Assembly: GCA_046758745.1 (NCBI GenBank)
Contig: JBHIAV010000009.1
Coordinates: 12,562 to 76,561, forward strand
From: Gemmatimonadota bacterium
GTDB taxonomy: Bacteria; Gemmatimonadota; Gemmatimonadetes; Palauibacterales; Palauibacteraceae
Length of the DNA stretch: 64,000 nt
Reading direction: 5' to 3'
A program made the translations under genes and the position numbers. Under the pieces are notes generated by a model, which made no database searches, had not been told where the DNA came from, and worked only from the letters and a program-made list of their open reading frames with translations. The number at the start of each line of letters is the position of its first letter. Positions within the stretch are counted from its first letter, which is position 1. Positions 38,126-47,998 of the stretch are shown here, one piece after another.

Positions 38126-39331
38126 ATGCTAGGTCATCTGCTCGAGACCACCGCCAGAAGCTTGCTGGAACGTGCCGGAGTGCACATCAACGGAGCTCGT
38201 CCGTGGGATGTCCGCGTCCACAATGAACGGTTTTACAGGAGCGTACTCTTTCGGGGCTCTCTCGGTCTCGGCGAGTCCTACATGAATGGCGATTGGGATT
38301 GCGAAAACGTCGATGAGCTCGTTCACAGAATCCTCAGCACGGATCTGGACGTCCCATCATGGTGCGCCCTCCCCGCACGTGTGAGAGCGGTGTCGAGAAG
38401 GGCGAAGGCGAGTCTTCGCAATCTGCAGTCCCGGCGTGGCTCGACATTTCTCGCCGAATACCACTACGAGCGAGATCCGGCACTTTTCGAGGCGTTTCTG
38501 GATCCGTACAACCAGTATACATGCGGCTATTTCGATGAGACGGATGATCTGAACCGGGCCCAGAGAAAGAAGCTCGAACTCATCTGCAGGAAACTACAGC
38601 TGCAACCCTCTGATCGAGTGCTGGACATCGGCTGTGGCTGGGGCGGATTCGCCAGATACGCGGCGGAGAACTACGGCGTCCACGTTACCGGCGTGACCAT
38701 CTCGCGAGCGCAGGCACGGTATGCCAGGAAGTTCACGGAGGGTCTGCCCGTCGAGATCATCGAGAGAGACTACAGAGACCTCGGCGGGGACAGCGCCCTG
38801 GAAGGGTTCGACAGGGTTCTCGTGTGCGGGATGATCGAGCATGTGGGACGGAAGAACTACAGAAGATTGATGAGGGTGGTTCACGACAGCCTGTCCGACG
38901 ATGGTCTCTTCCTGCTGCACACGATAGGGCGAAACACCCCGGCGAGAGTCACGGATCCCTGGATCGCCAAGTACATCTTCCCCAACTCGATGATCCCCTC
39001 GCTCAGCCAACTTGCTGCGGCGCATGAAGGGCTGCTCATCCTCCATGATCTGCATGATTTCGCGCACTGTTATGACAACACCCTGTTGGCGTGGCATCGC
39101 AGGTTCAACGACAACTGGGACAGCATCAGATCGACTCGAGAGCGCCCCACACCCTATGATGGACGTTTTCGACGAATGTGGAACTACTACCTACTCGCTT
39201 CGGCGGGCGCGTTCCGAGCGCGGAAGCTTCAGCTGTGGCAGTTCGTCTTTTCCAAGCATGGGATTGCAGGCGCGTATGTGCCGGTCCGCACGGTGAGGGA
39301 ACCGGAAGCCGAGGAGAGCGCCGTCGGCTAG
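38126..39331 (+). CDS. cfa: Cyclopropane-fatty-acyl-phospholipid synthase
   Basis: GSLGLGESYMNGDW, FLDPYNQYTCGYF, VLDIGCGWGG, GMIEHVGRKNY, LLHTIG, DPWIAKYIFPN, RMWNYYL, LQLWQ. Confidence 0.95.
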   Translation: MLGHLLETTARSLLERAGVHINGARPWDVRVHNERFYRSVLFRGSLGLGESYMNGDWDCENVDELVHRILSTDLDVPSWCALPARVRAVSRRAKASLRNLQSRRGSTFLAEYHYERDPALFEAFLDPYNQYTCGYFDETDDLNRAQRKKLELICRKLQLQPSDRVLDIGCGWGGFARYAAENYGVHVTGVTISRAQARYARKFTEGLPVEIIERDYRDLGGDSALEGFDRVLVCGMIEHVGRKNYRRLMRVVHDSLSDDGLFLLHTIGRNTPARVTDPWIAKYIFPNSMIPSLSQLAAAHEGLLILHDLHDFAHCYDNTLLAWHRRFNDNWDSIRSTRERPTPYDGRFRRMWNYYLLASAGAFRARKLQLWQFVFSKHGIAGAYVPVRTVREPEAEESAVG

Positions 39332-39398
39332 CTCTCGCGCACGGGTAGGAGACGGCGAGGGTGTTCCGGAGGCGACGCTACTAACGGAGACAACGGCC

Positions 39399-41537
39399 GT
39401 GGCCGTAAGCCGGGGGGATCGGCTCGAGAAGGAGCTGACCCTATTCGACGTGTACGTCCTGGCGCTGGGACCGATGCTGAGCTCCGGCTTCTTCCTGCTG
39501 CCGGGTCTCGCGGCCGCCAAGACCGGGCCCTCGGTCCCTCTTGCCTACCTTCTGGCGAGCCTTCTCATCTTCCCCGCCATGCTCAGCAAGGCCGAGCTCT
39601 CGACCGCGATGCCGCGCGCGGGAGGCACCTACTACTTTCTGGACCGGAGCCTCGGCCCGATGATGGGGACCGTCGGGGGACTCGGGACGTGGCTCGTTCT
39701 CGTGCTGAAGAGCGCGTTCGCGCTCATCGGGATGGGGGCGTATCTGGTCCTGTTCGTTCACCTGGAGATCAGGCCGGTGGCGATCGCCCTGACGGTCGTC
39801 TTCGCGCTGGTCGCCTACATGGGATCCAGAGAGTCGAGCGGCCTGCAGCGGCTGCTGGTCGTGACCGTGCTCGGCTTCCTGGCCGCCTACTTCGTCTTCG
39901 GGATCCTCCATGTCGCCGGGCGCGGGGTCACGGCGGTGGCGGAGAACCGTTTCACCCCATTCCTCCCCTTCGGCCTCGAGGGCCTGGTCGCCACCATCGG
40001 TCTGGTCTTCATCTCGTACGCGGGGCTCACCAAAGTGGCGAGCGTGTCCGAGGAGGTCCGGGACCCGGACCGAAACATCCCATTGGGTATGTTCCTGGCC
40101 CTGGTCACGGCCACCGTCATATACGTCGCCGGCGTGTCGCTCATGGTGGCGGCGATCGATCCCGACGTCTTCCATGGCGACCTGACGCCCGTGGCGACGG
40201 CGGGAGTGGCCTTCGTCGAACGGGTGCCGCGGGCCGTGGCGCTCCCCCTGGTCGCCCTGCCCGCGATCGCCGGCCTGGCGGCCGCCGGAAACGCCGGGAT
40301 GCTCGCCGCGTCCCGGTATCCGCTGGCCATGGGGCGAGACCGGCTGATATCGACACGGTTCGCCGAGTTCAGCCGATACCGGACGCCGACTCTGGCGATC
40401 CTGGCCACGGCGGTTCTCATGGCCTTCTTCATCGCGGTGCTCGATGTGGTCAGCGTGGCCAAGCTGGCGAGCACCTTCCAGCTCCTGATCTTCGCGCTGG
40501 TGAACCTGGCGGTGATCGTGATGCGGGAGAGCGGCCTCGTCTCCTACGATCCCGGTTACCGCTCCCCACTCTACCCGTGGCTCCAGATCTTCGGGTTGCT
40601 GGCCCCCTTTCTGCTGATCGCGGTGATGGGACTGATGCCCATCCTGTTCACCCTCGGGCTCATCGCCGGCAGTCTGGCCTGGTACTTCTACTACGCGCGC
40701 GCTCGCGTTGCGCGAGATGGCGCCCTCTTCCACTGGTTCGAACGTCTCGGTCAGCGGCGTTTCGAGGGACTGGACACCGAGCTCAGGGGGATCCTGAAGG
40801 AAAAGGGGCTCCGCGCCGAGGATCCGTTCGACGAGGTTGTCGGTCGCGCGTTCGTGATTGACCTCCCCGACGCGGCCACCTTCGAGGATGCCACTCGCAG
40901 GGCGTCGGCACTCCTCGCCCAGCGGCTGGCGGCCAGCGCCGATCGGCTCGCCGAGGGCTTCCTGCACGGGACCCGCACGGGCGCGACGCCGGTGTCGCAT
41001 GGGGCGGCGCTCCCGCACCTCCGCCTCGGCGACGCGGCCTCTCCGGAACTCGTCCTCGTGCGCTCGCGGGCGGGCATTGAGGTCACGGTGGGCGATCCGT
41101 TCGTCGAGGGCCGCCCGCGCGGAGCCTGCATCCACGCCCTCTTTTTCCTGGTCAGTCCGGAGGAGAAGCCAGGCCAGCACCTCCGGCTGCTGGCCGGAAT
41201 CGCCGAGCGCGTGGACGATGAGGACTTCATGGAGACGTGGCTCTCCATGCGCCAGGAGTACGAGCTCAAGGAAGCGATCCTCCGCGACGAGCGATTCCTC
41301 TCTCTCAGGTTGCTGGAGGATACCTCGTCGGCCGCCCTGATCGGCCGCACCGTGCGCGATATCGATTGGCCCAGGAACAGCCTGGTGGCCTTGATCCGAC
41401 GCGACCAGGAGATCCTGGTTCCGGGAGGCGAGACCGTGCTGCGGAGGGGCGACCGTCTCAGCATCGTAGGAGATCCAGTCGGCATCCGGGAGATTCGGGA
41501 GCGGTACGGAAGCGGCTCGAGCGCCGTCGGTCGCTAA
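39399..41537 (+). CDS. APC amino acid permease fused to PTS EIIA(Ntr/Fru)-like and TrkA-C (RCK-C) domains
   Basis: SSGFFLLPG, AELSTAMPRAGGTY, SEEVRDPDRNIP; GAALPHLR, HLRLLAGIA; LVALIRR...VPGGETVLRRGDRLSIVG. Confidence 0.9.
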   Translation: MAVSRGDRLEKELTLFDVYVLALGPMLSSGFFLLPGLAAAKTGPSVPLAYLLASLLIFPAMLSKAELSTAMPRAGGTYYFLDRSLGPMMGTVGGLGTWLVLVLKSAFALIGMGAYLVLFVHLEIRPVAIALTVVFALVAYMGSRESSGLQRLLVVTVLGFLAAYFVFGILHVAGRGVTAVAENRFTPFLPFGLEGLVATIGLVFISYAGLTKVASVSEEVRDPDRNIPLGMFLALVTATVIYVAGVSLMVAAIDPDVFHGDLTPVATAGVAFVERVPRAVALPLVALPAIAGLAAAGNAGMLAASRYPLAMGRDRLISTRFAEFSRYRTPTLAILATAVLMAFFIAVLDVVSVAKLASTFQLLIFALVNLAVIVMRESGLVSYDPGYRSPLYPWLQIFGLLAPFLLIAVMGLMPILFTLGLIAGSLAWYFYYARARVARDGALFHWFERLGQRRFEGLDTELRGILKEKGLRAEDPFDEVVGRAFVIDLPDAATFEDATRRASALLAQRLAASADRLAEGFLHGTRTGATPVSHGAALPHLRLGDAASPELVLVRSRAGIEVTVGDPFVEGRPRGACIHALFFLVSPEEKPGQHLRLLAGIAERVDDEDFMETWLSMRQEYELKEAILRDERFLSLRLLEDTSSAALIGRTVRDIDWPRNSLVALIRRDQEILVPGGETVLRRGDRLSIVGDPVGIREIRERYGSGSSAVGR

Positions 41538-41569
41538 AGCGACGGAGTCCGACATCGGGCAGGCGACCC

Positions 41570-44176
41570 TCAGCGCTTCTCGAGGCGTTCCCTGACCCGC
41601 GCCAGCAGCGCATCGAGCTCTCGATAACTCTCATCCATTCGGGGCAGGAGCTCGTCCGGGCGTACCCCGGAAAGTCGCTCCGCTTGCTCTTCAATGCTCC
41701 GGCAGCTCGTACGCTGCGACAGCAGAGGGCGGAATCCAGACCGGGTGTCGCCCTCTCCCCGGACTCCGTGTAGAGGCGGTGCGGGCTGGGCATACCGCAC
41801 GGCCGTGGCGAACAGCTGCTCCGCTTCCCCAAGCCTGTCCTCCTTCCATGCCAGGTAGCCCTTCAGGTAGTGGGCCGTCACGCTCCGGAAGTTGGAACGG
41901 GTGACCGCATCCAGCTGCTCGCGGGCGCTCGAAAGATCGCCACGAATCGCGGCGAGCTGCCCGAGGTGGAGGAGCGGACCCGTCTCCTCCCTGTTGATCT
42001 CCAGGGCCCGTCTGAACTCGGCTTCCGCCCGCTCGATGTCGGCGTACCTCTCCTCTTCGAAACAGGAATAAAGCACTCCGAGCTGAGAGTGCCCCCGAGA
42101 GCTGTTCGGGTCGACCTCGACCAGTCGCAGCCAGGACTGTTCGGCCTTGGCGAACTCGCCAAGCTCGAAGTACATGTTGCCCAGGTAGTAAAGGGCGTCC
42201 TGGTGCGTCTCGTTCAGCTCCAGGGCGCGCGCGTAGTTCGCCGCTGCTGCTCGTGTCTCTCCGGCCACCCGGTGCCGGGTGGCCTGGCGATACAGCTCCC
42301 AGAACCGGTGAACCCGCTCCCGCGCGTCGGTCGTCGCCGAACGATGTGCACCTGCGGGGACCCCGTCCGCCCGCTCTCTTTCCTCTGCCACCAGGACGGT
42401 CTGGTTGGCTGCGAGCGCGATCAGCAGCTGTTTCGAGCCGCTCGGCCACGCGATGGCGAGCGTGTCCACTTCCCGAAGCGACCCCAGGCCGAAATGCTCG
42501 ATCGGGCTGTTCTGCGAGAGATACGAGCTCTGGGCACCCACTTCTCGAATCTGTGCTCTGCCACCGGCGACGAGGCGCAACTTGGCGCCGAGCGCCGAGC
42601 GGTTGCTGCGTGTTCCGTGGAGCAGGACTTTCAGCCACGCGTTTCTGTTGCCGCCGTCGTTCCGCAACAGCACACCTGGACCGCCATTGTTCACGACGAA
42701 GACATCCACGTCCCCATCGTTGTCGTAATCCCCGAACGCGGCACCGCGACCCACGTACTCCTGGCCGAAATACGGACCGCTCACGGACGAGACGTCGTAG
42801 AAGCCCTCGGTTGGCCCCCGATTCCAGAAGAGCTGATCGGGCATGGGAATCAGGAGCTGAGGTCGAGCCGGGTCCTGGAAAGTGCTGCCGTTGACCACAA
42901 ACAGATCCAGTCGACCGTCGTTGTCGTAGTCGATGAAGGACGTTCCCCATCCGATGAAGTCGAGCGCGATCTGCCCCAACCCGTAGCGATCCGCCTCATC
43001 CATGAAGCGCAGCCCGCTCACCGGTGGATTATCGAGGCCGGAAAACCGGGAAAGCAGGCTGTTGAAGAGAGCATTCTCCTGCGCGATCCAGTGGGTGACG
43101 AAGATGTCTCGATCGAGATCCCCGTCCCAATCACCCACGGCGAGACCCATTGCTCCCCTATAATCCGCTACGAGGGCCGCATGGCTGACGTCCTCGAAGT
43201 ATCCGTTGCCCAGATTTCGAAAGAGCGCATTGTCCGAGACATCGTTGGCGACGTACAGGTCCGGCCAACCATCCTCGTTCAGATCCGACCACACGGCCGC
43301 CAGGCTCCTGCCCCGCCGGCCGCCCACGCCGACCCTGTCGGCCACCTCGGTGAAGGTTCCGTCAGCGTTGTTGTGAAACAGGAGGTTTCGCTCCGGCTCG
43401 AATGCCGAGGGGTTGATGCTCGCCGGAACCTCCACGTCATACTGCAGGGACGCTTGCCCCGTCGGTCCGGGAGAGAACCGCACGTAGCCGGCGACATAGA
43501 GATCCAGGAAACCATCACGATCGTAATCACCCCAAGACGCTCCCGCCCAGAAGCCCGCCCGCCCTCCAAGGCCCGATTCCCGCGTCACGTCCGTGAAGGT
43601 GCCGTCTCCATCGTTTCGGTACAGCACGTTGTTTCCGTAGGCCGAAACGAATAGATCCGGCCAACCATCGTTGTCGTAATCGCCCCACGCCGCCGCCATT
43701 CCCAGACCACGGAAGTCCACCCCGGCCGCGGCGCTGACTTCGGTGAAGGATCCATCGCCATGGTTGTGGTACAGGACCGAGTGCGCGGGAGAGGACGCCG
43801 TTTCGTCGTCGGACAGGGTGAGAGGACCCGTCTCGTTTACGACGAACAGGTCGAGCCAGCCGTCATTGTCGTAGTCGCCCCAGGCCGCGCCGGAGCCCAT
43901 GTCCTCCGGGAGCTGGCTGGATCTGTCGCCGAAGAAGTGCCGGAAACGAATCCCGGCTTCCGCCGAGACATCCGTGAACGTCACCCGCGGGTAGTCGTCG
44001 GGAAGGGACCGCGCGAGCTCGGCACTGAGTCCCTCGACCTCTTCCCCGGGCCGATGCGTCGGCTGCCGGCGGAGCACGCTCCACACGATCGCCCCCGCCG
44101 AGCCGACGACGAAGAGCACACCCAGAGCCGCCGTGATCGCCACGGAACGTCTGCGACGAGGCAAAGAGCGGAACAT
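41570..44176 (-). CDS. CRTAC1 / ASPIC-UnbV family FG-GAP protein with C-terminal TPRs
   Basis: FTDVSAEAGI, MGSGAAWGDYDNDGWLDL repeats, SNRSALGAKL, SYLSQN...HFGLG, WPSG; TPR tail; N-terminal TM anchor. Confidence 0.92.
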   Translation of the reverse strand: MFRSLPRRRRSVAITAALGVLFVVGSAGAIVWSVLRRQPTHRPGEEVEGLSAELARSLPDDYPRVTFTDVSAEAGIRFRHFFGDRSSQLPEDMGSGAAWGDYDNDGWLDLFVVNETGPLTLSDDETASSPAHSVLYHNHGDGSFTEVSAAAGVDFRGLGMAAAWGDYDNDGWPDLFVSAYGNNVLYRNDGDGTFTDVTRESGLGGRAGFWAGASWGDYDRDGFLDLYVAGYVRFSPGPTGQASLQYDVEVPASINPSAFEPERNLLFHNNADGTFTEVADRVGVGGRRGRSLAAVWSDLNEDGWPDLYVANDVSDNALFRNLGNGYFEDVSHAALVADYRGAMGLAVGDWDGDLDRDIFVTHWIAQENALFNSLLSRFSGLDNPPVSGLRFMDEADRYGLGQIALDFIGWGTSFIDYDNDGRLDLFVVNGSTFQDPARPQLLIPMPDQLFWNRGPTEGFYDVSSVSGPYFGQEYVGRGAAFGDYDNDGDVDVFVVNNGGPGVLLRNDGGNRNAWLKVLLHGTRSNRSALGAKLRLVAGGRAQIREVGAQSSYLSQNSPIEHFGLGSLREVDTLAIAWPSGSKQLLIALAANQTVLVAEERERADGVPAGAHRSATTDARERVHRFWELYRQATRHRVAGETRAAAANYARALELNETHQDALYYLGNMYFELGEFAKAEQSWLRLVEVDPNSSRGHSQLGVLYSCFEEERYADIERAEAEFRRALEINREETGPLLHLGQLAAIRGDLSSAREQLDAVTRSNFRSVTAHYLKGYLAWKEDRLGEAEQLFATAVRYAQPAPPLHGVRGEGDTRSGFRPLLSQRTSCRSIEEQAERLSGVRPDELLPRMDESYRELDALLARVRERLEKR

Positions 44177-44184
44177 GAGGGCTG

Positions 44185-46269
44185 TTACTGCGAGGCGGAG
44201 ACTACACGAACGGTCGTCTCGTCCTGCGAGAGGACGGTGACGGGAGCCGTGAGCCCGGAGTCCGCACCGAAGAGGAAGTCGATGAGAAACTGGTCGAGCT
44301 TCCGATATAGAAGCTTCGCAGAGACACGGAGTTCCGATACATCTGATCCGCCGGGCACCTCGAGGCTGAAGTCTTCCTTCGTCGGATTCCCGCCCACCCC
44401 CTCCCCGTCGACCGAGAGGGTGGCCGGACAGGTGAAGGCGAACTCGGCCCGATCGGAGAAACCCGGGAACAGGGCTCGCCGATATCGCACGCCGACCATC
44501 TCCCAGAGATTGTGGCGGTCGATGAGGTTACCGTACTGGTCGACCGGCTCGGCCTTGAAGATGAACGACCCCGGCTCGATGAACTGCCTTTCGTCCCTGC
44601 TGCCGGACTCGAAGATCACCTGGCCCTGCTGGTCGGTCACCACCAGCTGCACCCACGCCTGTATGATGTCCAGGGGGCCGGTGGGGAAGTCGTGGCCCAC
44701 TTTGTTGTTGGTGATGGCGACCTGGATCTCTACCTTCTGCCCGGGTTTCACCTGACGCGGCACGATCAGCTCGATGGGCACGGCCGGTCCGGATCGCCAC
44801 TTGTCCGCGATCTCCGGGATATCGATTTCCCCTCTCAACCACTTCTCCGTCAGGGCAACGTGCTCCTCCCCGCCGGGTAACTCTAGGATGAGGGGCGCGA
44901 ACTGGTTGGCCGCCAGGAATCGGTGGCTCCGGTGCATCCCGTCATCGGCGGAGCGATTGTAGTCGGACTCGTCTCCGCTCGCGGGATCCGCCGACTCGGC
45001 CAGCGGCATGTGGCACTCGCGACACTCGATCGTGCGCGTGGGATCACCCGGCTCGTTCCAGCGGCTCTTTCGCCAGTTGTCGAATTGATTCTGTAGCTGG
45101 ACCCACCCGACCTGGTTGATCTCCTCGTCGATGAACTGCTTGTGGCATGCGGCGCAGAATTCCGGGCTCTTGAACAGCCGGTGCTGGAGGGTTTCAACGT
45201 GGAAGCGCGGATACGCACGGATCAGGAAATGGCTCACCAGCTCCGCCGCCTCTCCCTCACGCAGCTCGAACATGTAGCGTCCGGGCCGCGTGATGACATA
45301 GTTGGCGTTCCCTTTGATGTCGGTTTCCTTGATGGCGTGACAGACGATGCAGGAGACCCCCTCCTGATATCCGGTGAGATTGGTGAGCTTGTCCGTGAAG
45401 ACGTTCTTCGTTCCCGAGAACAAGGAAATCGGATCGTGACAACCGCCACAGTAGCGGGTCGATTCGGGGCCGTTCTGCTCGGCCATCACCTTCTGCACGG
45501 CCTGGAACGCCGGATCCATGGCCGAGTAGCGATGTGCGCTGACCTTCCACTCCCGGGCGATCTCTTCGTGACAACCCGAGCTTCCGCATGCCGTGGAGCC
45601 ACCCAGCGACCGGGCATCGAGAGCGCCGCCGCTGCTCGTCGTCGCCAGGCTGGGCGCGAAGGGCCGGTCGGGACCGTAGAGATAACTGTAGCCCTCGGGG
45701 AACTCATTGATCAGGGGGACGGGGTCGTATGTGTGCACGAGCAAGGCGACGGCGGCGAAGCCGGCACCCGGTACCAGAGCGGTCCGGACGCCAAACTTCC
45801 TCTGCGCCTGCAAGACAGCCTGGACCTTCTCCATCCGGCGTGCCTTGTAGGCGCGCAGCGCCAGCGTGTATAGGTGCGGCAGGACGGAGGCGACCACGCC
45901 GAAGGTGGCGATGATGTGGATGAGGTCCCAGCCGTAGCTGATCCGGATGCCGAAGAGTGCCTGAAAGGTGAGCACCAGGCCGGAGACGATCGCCGCGACC
46001 GTAGCCGACGCGGCGAAGTAGCCGGTGAGCTTGACGTGAGACATCCTCATCGGGCGGTAGGCAAGCCAGTGGCGGAGCTGATACCAGGCGAACGGGACGA
46101 GGAAGACGAACCCGATTGCGGTGTGCAGAAGGACTATCACCTGGTTCGGGACGCTGAACGGGAGCAGATAGATGGAGAGCCCGGTCAGCGTTTGGAACAG
46201 CAGGAGCCCTGCGACGAGGATCAACAGGGGGTGCCGCCATTCGTCGGCTTTCCCGCGATACCCAGACAT
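44185..46269 (-). CDS. Membrane-anchored multiheme c-type cytochrome with N-terminal His-bearing TM bundle
   Basis: CGGCH, CIVCH, CAACH and CRECH plus atypical CGSSGCH; GHDFPTG; about five TM segments with His residues. Start trimmed to ATG 46269. Confidence 0.88.
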   Translation of the reverse strand: MSGYRGKADEWRHPLLILVAGLLLFQTLTGLSIYLLPFSVPNQVIVLLHTAIGFVFLVPFAWYQLRHWLAYRPMRMSHVKLTGYFAASATVAAIVSGLVLTFQALFGIRISYGWDLIHIIATFGVVASVLPHLYTLALRAYKARRMEKVQAVLQAQRKFGVRTALVPGAGFAAVALLVHTYDPVPLINEFPEGYSYLYGPDRPFAPSLATTSSGGALDARSLGGSTACGSSGCHEEIAREWKVSAHRYSAMDPAFQAVQKVMAEQNGPESTRYCGGCHDPISLFSGTKNVFTDKLTNLTGYQEGVSCIVCHAIKETDIKGNANYVITRPGRYMFELREGEAAELVSHFLIRAYPRFHVETLQHRLFKSPEFCAACHKQFIDEEINQVGWVQLQNQFDNWRKSRWNEPGDPTRTIECRECHMPLAESADPASGDESDYNRSADDGMHRSHRFLAANQFAPLILELPGGEEHVALTEKWLRGEIDIPEIADKWRSGPAVPIELIVPRQVKPGQKVEIQVAITNNKVGHDFPTGPLDIIQAWVQLVVTDQQGQVIFESGSRDERQFIEPGSFIFKAEPVDQYGNLIDRHNLWEMVGVRYRRALFPGFSDRAEFAFTCPATLSVDGEGVGGNPTKEDFSLEVPGGSDVSELRVSAKLLYRKLDQFLIDFLFGADSGLTAPVTVLSQDETTVRVVSASQ

Positions 46270-46392
46270 CGACCTGTATGCTATATGCAGCTGTGGGACA
46301 GTGCGGAGCGAGCGCTTCGCCACTGCGCGGCGTACGGACTCGCCGGGGAAAGCGAACCAGGCGGTCGCCTCGTACACTGGAGGAGGCATACG

Positions 46393-46692
46393 GTGAGCAG
46401 GAGCAACAGATCAGGTGGCTCCGCCGAGAGAAAGTGGAAGCGGTTCGGGTGGTTCCTGGCCGCGGGTGCGGCGCTCGTATTCCTGAACGAGCTGGTGCAC
46501 CTGATCGGCTCGCTGAGCGGCCTCCACGAGCGACGGGAACAGGGAGCCGTGTGGGCCATCCTCCTCATGATTCTCGCGATCGTGGTCACCGTCGGCGTGA
46601 TCGGGGGCGGGCTGGCCTGGAGTATCCGACGCTCCCTGCGGGATGCCCCGGAGGAACCCCCGGGCCCGGAGGGGGAGGAAGATCCGGAATGA
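46393..46692 (+). CDS. Small two-TM membrane protein
   Basis: GGAGGAGG RBS then GTG; FGWFLAAGAALVFL and AVWAILLMILAIVVTVGVIGGGLAW; acidic tail. Confidence 0.7.
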   Translation: MSRSNRSGGSAERKWKRFGWFLAAGAALVFLNELVHLIGSLSGLHERREQGAVWAILLMILAIVVTVGVIGGGLAWSIRRSLRDAPEEPPGPEGEEDPE

Positions 46693-46851
46693 CGGGCGTG
46701 ATTTGGGCCACGTCACAGCCTGCCGCCGATGTTGACCACGACAGGTATCCATGAAAGCGAGCTTGCTTCAGTGGCGCGACCGACGCACCGCGCCCGATAG
46801 AAGAATAGGCACCGGGTGCATCCGTTGCTGTGGCGGATTCCCCGCTACGTC

Positions 46852-46872
46852 CTGTGGGGAGACTCCCCACAG
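46852..46872. repeat. Perfect 10-1-10 inverted repeat
   Basis: CTGTGGGGAG-A-CTCCCCACAG between convergent genes. Confidence 0.8.
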
Positions 46873-47053
46873 CCCTGCCGGCTCCGTCATCGGGACTCAG
46901 CCGTTCCGGCCGTTCTTTCCGCCGGTTCCTCTTCGACTAGGACGGTCGAGTTCGACCGAGAGGACGGGGTGGCGGTGGGCGTCCGACCAAGACACCCCGC
47001 TCTGAGCGGACGGCGGTCGCGCCTCGCCAGGCCGGGCCCCGGCGGCATCAGGG

Positions 47054-47851
47054 CTACCGGTGCGGCTGACGAAACTCCTCGAGCCGCCTGCGGGCCTCCC
47101 GCATCTCCTCATCGGTGAAGAGCCCCTCCTGCTGCGCCAAAAGAAGCTCTTCGAGCTGCGACTCGGTGAGCAAACCAAGCTGGACGGCCAGCTTCCCGAA
47201 ACGCTCGTCGGGCCGTTTCTTCTGTTCGAGCAGTACTCGGGCCACGTCGGCCGGCCCGAGCATGTTGCGGACGAGCGCTACCGTACCGAGGGCGAAGTGG
47301 CGCGGAATCGGCACGTCGCGGGGCGGATGCGGGCTGGGGGCCTCCGCCGGTGCAGCCGTACCCACGTCCGGGTCAAACCAGTGCTGCGACCTGTGAAACC
47401 AGGACCGGCGGCCTACGGGTAGAATCCTGAAGAACGCTCTGAGGCGCTTTTCCACGATGTGATGGTCTTCCTCGCGCCACCGGGCATCCCGCTGCCTGCG
47501 CCGAGCCGAAGCATCCATCAGCACCCGGTTGATGTCCGCGATCCGCTTCTGTTCCGCCAGGATGTCAGTCGGAACGCGGGCTAGGCTTTCGGCGAACTCT
47601 CCTTCATCGACGACGAAGTCCCCGGCTCGCACGGCATCAGGCCGACTCGAACCCCTGGGCTCCTCGAAGAACACCCAAAGGTTGCGGAGGTGTAGCAGCC
47701 ACGACTCCACAAGGGCACGTTTCGCAAGCGCGTCCGCCGGCTTGAGCCTCTTGTGTCGATAGCGCTCCCCTATCGCCATGAACATCCAGATCTCATAGTC
47801 GACGTCTTCCGCAACCGTATGGAGCGTCTCGGTCGCAACCACGCTTTTCAC
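47054..47851 (-). CDS. Hypothetical protein with C-terminal MshEN-like tandem motif
   Basis: ALGTVALVRNMLGPADVARVLLEQ + KKRPDE + RFGKLAVQLGLLTESQLEELLLAQ; helical N-terminal domain with ESWLLHLRNL. Confidence 0.7.
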   Translation of the reverse strand: MKSVVATETLHTVAEDVDYEIWMFMAIGERYRHKRLKPADALAKRALVESWLLHLRNLWVFFEEPRGSSRPDAVRAGDFVVDEGEFAESLARVPTDILAEQKRIADINRVLMDASARRRQRDARWREEDHHIVEKRLRAFFRILPVGRRSWFHRSQHWFDPDVGTAAPAEAPSPHPPRDVPIPRHFALGTVALVRNMLGPADVARVLLEQKKRPDERFGKLAVQLGLLTESQLEELLLAQQEGLFTDEEMREARRRLEEFRQPHR

Positions 47852-47998
47852 CCTGCTGCTCCGTGTGCGGGTTGGCGCAATGCGTGGAATCGGCCCTTCT
47901 ACCTCTTTGGATGCCGCTCAGCTCCCGAACCCTTCAAGGCAGCTCCCCGCCCCTCCTCCCTCCACATCTTCACGAGACTGCGAATCGTCCTCTACGGC

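Noticed and set aside
39441-41555. Long antisense ORFs such as 39441-41555, 53336-55345, 31570-33588, 41870-43654 and 803-2341
   Set aside because: Shadow frames of well-supported genes in high-GC DNA, with no recognisable motifs.
46826-46872. oriC DnaA-box cluster
   Set aside because: The matches are degenerate and few, with no AT-rich unwinding element and no dnaA/dnaN context.
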